DNA of 64,000 bases from Podarcis erhardii (Eukaryota): NCBI GenBank assembly GCA_964252035.1, contig OZ176203.1; one strand, written 5' to 3'. Under the pieces are notes generated by a model that was given only the letters and a program-made list of their open reading frames with translations, was not told the origin of the DNA and did not search any database. Below are positions 60,856 to 64,000 of this stretch, piece by piece; position 1 is the first letter of the stretch, and every line of letters starts with the position of its first letter. Made by a program: the position numbers and the translations under genes.

Positions 60856-63800
60856 CTATTGCCTTAAACCTTAACTGAATTCCACACACACACACACACA
60901 CATGCATGCCATTTCAAGGCAAGTGACTCATTAATCAAGTATTCAAGTACTTATTTGGGGGGTGATTGGCAAAGGCCTTTCTATTTCTAGCCTGTGAGGC
61001 AGAGGCACTGTACTTCCTAGGAAGCCTGCAGACAAGAAAACATGGAGGCACAAGAAAGAGCTCTGGGACTTGTAGTTCTCCTGCCTCCTGCATGTACCTT
61101 GACCCAGATACGTTATTGTTATTCACAGATGAGAAAAACCAAAAATTAATCTAGTCAATTATGAAGTTGTCTACAATTCTAATAAACAAAAATTTGTGGG
61201 CCAATCTGAAATTTCTGACACGTTATATTCCAATGAAGAATTGTACTGATTGAATTTCTGTCAGAAAAAACAGTCAATACAATTAGTCCTAGTGATGGGA
61301 ATTCAAAGAAACCCTTCTTCATAGCCAAGGCCACAAAACATTAATCCCTTCATGGATCCTTTAATTAATGAGCCTCATCTCAATAAAAGTGTGTGGGGGG
61401 AACGTAACTGTGATCAGGCCGGGGAGGGGGCTGGGATGAGATCTGAACTATTTAAATTACGGGTTAATCCTAGGTTGCAATCCTGGTTTATCAGGGTGTT
61501 TTCCCCAAAACCTTTGCCAATTCAGATTTTTTAAAATAAATTTTATTTTTGCATTTTCTATTTTACATAAACAAACAAATTAAATACATAAACATATAAT
61601 CCCTTTTGACTTCCCTCCCCACCCCCATTGTGGATCTTAATATAATGATTTCCCCCTCTGCATCTCTTTCATAACTCTATTCTTATGAATCCTTCGCCAA
61701 TACATAGCTCAAATTTTAACTACAAGTTTTCTGTCAATCCTACCAATGTTTGTAATCCTGCCAATTCAGATATGGTTTGCTGCAAACAAGGAAGTCACTA
61801 ACTACACTTGAGTTCATGAGTCAGAGAGGCTTCTTCTAGACTTGTCACTGCAGCATTAAACCTTGGTTTGACACTATGTTTAAACCAAATCTCTGTGTCA
61901 CCTCAGTGCTTAATTATGACTGATAATAACAGGTGGAGTACACAGACCCTTATGTGAACACCTAAGAAATTCCTTGAAATATCAGGGCTTCTGTGATTTC
62001 TTCTTACAACTGCAGTTCCTCGTGACACATCCTATGCTACTCTGATGAGTCTCCTGGCTTTTAGGAACAGCTCAGAAAAGTCCAGGGGTCCTTTACCTTA
62101 CCTTGAAGGAATTCAGGGAGTTGGAGCAGCTACAGTGTTGTTCATGGAACTTGGATTGCAGCAAGCATATTTTTAAAAATAAATTATATTTTTTCAAGTT
62201 AGCCACATATTTATTTTATACTGCAAGCAGAAGAGTTTGACATCAGAAGCAGTTATGTACTTTTTTTTTAAAAAAAAAGAACTCAATGTCTGAAGAACAA
62301 GATTGAGTTAGGAATACAATATAATTTGGCATAGTAATACAGACACAGTTATGTTGCCATTTCTGCCCTTTTGCTACAGAGTGATTTCAATCCCATTACT
62401 ATCTTGGGAGAGTTTTGCTCTGGGGGGGAAATAAAAAAGACATTATGTTGCCTCCCACCCGTAACCTCCAACCTGGACCTCATTTTCATGATAAAAAGTG
62501 GTAGCGACTGAAGGTGGGGAAATGGCCTCTGTATTCCTGCCTCAAAACAACTGCTTTGTGGCCTTGTGGAACCATTTGTTTTGGAATACATTTATATTTC
62601 ATCAACAGATTTTGTTCTCCATGTGTCATGTTTCCTCCCTTTTAAGCAGAGCTGTATCCTCTACCCAGCTGATTGTTTTACCTTGCAAAATGTTAAAAAG
62701 CAATTAAATTTAAAAGTATAGCTTTGCACTTAGAGTGTCATTGTGTGCTTGAAGATTGCAAGGGTATACCTACTTGTATTCTTTTTGGCAGTACTGAATA
62801 AAATGAAGGTAACATTCTCACCAGATTATAATGTAGAGATTAATGTTAAATTTGTATAGTAGAAACCTGATTGCTTACTATAATGGGGAAAAGCTTAATA
62901 TTTTAAAGCAAGGCTAAAGGTTGACAGGAGAAAAATTGAATTTGTTTGCAAAAAGAAATTTGTTTCTTTAAGTGAAAATTGGGGTCAGGAGGTCAGAGCT
63001 TTCTTTGCTTCTGGATGAATGAAATGAATTGAATAATGCCATTGTAAGGCAGCAATATGTAAGCTAATGACAAACAATACATTAGAAGTTTGAATACAGA
63101 TACTGTGCGCAACAAAATTATATGCTTACATATAAACAATATTTTAACTGGTTATTCCATATATGTGATTCATCTCACAAAGAAAGGATAAAAGAAATTT
63201 TCCATTCATTTGTGGTTACTAATATTCCTTTGTTTCTATTTTTTTTTTCTCCTAATGGATTTTATTATCCATTTGGTGAAAAGAACCCCATTGAGGCCAC
63301 TTCCAATGGTCAAATCCATCACAACTCAGATAAAGTGAGAATCATGCAATCCCTGCGATCCAAAAGCAAGATAGGCATCAAGCTAACAAATAAAGGTCAT
63401 AATCCAACAGTGAGCTAAGCATGCGTAAGATAATTGGTTTTAGTTGATTTAAACATGCTTAACTGTTTAGGTTATGGCCAACGAGGGAACCATGGTCATT
63501 TTCAATCAGCACAGTCATATCAACAGACAGGCTCTGAAATACCATGGAGCAACTTTCTAAATATGTTAATGGCCTGCGATAGAAATACTCTCATGTGTGG
63601 AATCCCTTTCAGAAATGTTTGAACAAAACTAAAAATGTGCATTTTCTTCCCTTATCTAGCCTTGCTTCCACTCTGGACAGTATGCACAAGGTTCTAAGGA
63701 AGTTTCCCAGCTGAGTACTGACCACACGTGAGACCTTCTTAGTCTCAGCAAGGTTGCTACATCATGTGTCAGACTGTACAATACAAACTCATGCAAAATT

Positions 63801-64000
63801 CATTTTGCTGCTATTACCTCCTCTTGATTACATACTGCTATTATCTTCCAAGCAGGGATTGGTGCATGCATAGCCTTCCTAGTCCATGTACCCTTAGTGA
63901 AGTACAGTCACATACTGTATGTACAGATACATGCATACTTTCTCTACAGAGATAGTGGGCATGATCCAATGTTTAACCAGTGGTGGAATTACTTCTACAC

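Noticed and set aside
62082-62104. CAGGGGTCCTTTACCTTACCTT resembling a Sauria SINE tail
   Set aside because: Too short and without a TSD, so it cannot be distinguished from chance.
21873-64000. Next NBEA exon (expected VLAYTEGLHGKWMFSEIR...)
   Set aside because: Not found by eye or in the ORF track. It is probably beyond the window. Gap flanks lack convincing acceptor or donor context, though hiding in an N gap is not excluded.
1-64000. CRISPR arrays, operons or prokaryotic/viral defence systems
   Set aside because: No regularly spaced repeats or prokaryote-like gene clusters. The only cGAS-fold gene is the ordinary vertebrate MAB21L1.

Overview
Vertebrate genomic DNA, almost certainly a squamate and probably a lacertid lizard (inferred from Sauria SINE, a Squam3-like SINE and BovB). 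The window lies inside NBEA (neurobeachin, + strand). It holds two constitutive coding exons (3217-3360 and 21736-21872, the latter starting the PH domain) and intron sequence; I did not find the next NBEA exon in the window. The intronless gene MAB21L1 (359 aa, cGAS/Mab21 nucleotidyltransferase fold) is nested antisense at 24358-25437, inside a chain of CpG islands (about 13.5-28.6 kb) with homeodomain/SOX/POU motif-rich blocks. The rest is intron with SINEs, CR1/L2/RTE remnants, Tc1/mariner and hAT MITEs, microsatellites and four N gaps. Best new candidates: (1) a frame-preserving 18-nt neural-type NBEA microexon at 8257-8274 (adds GIATTK just before the PH domain) with SRRM4-type UGC and Nova-type YCAY motifs; (2) candidate poison or alternative NBEA exons; (3) a shared two-way TATA element that may drive both MAB21L1 and a short NBEA isoform; (4) two uORFs plus a 113-codon open in-frame extension in the MAB21L1 leader; (5) a TSD-flanked 700-bp chimeric SINE insertion. 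No prokaryotic systems or CRISPR arrays. Gene and repeat identities come from recall of the families, not from a database search.
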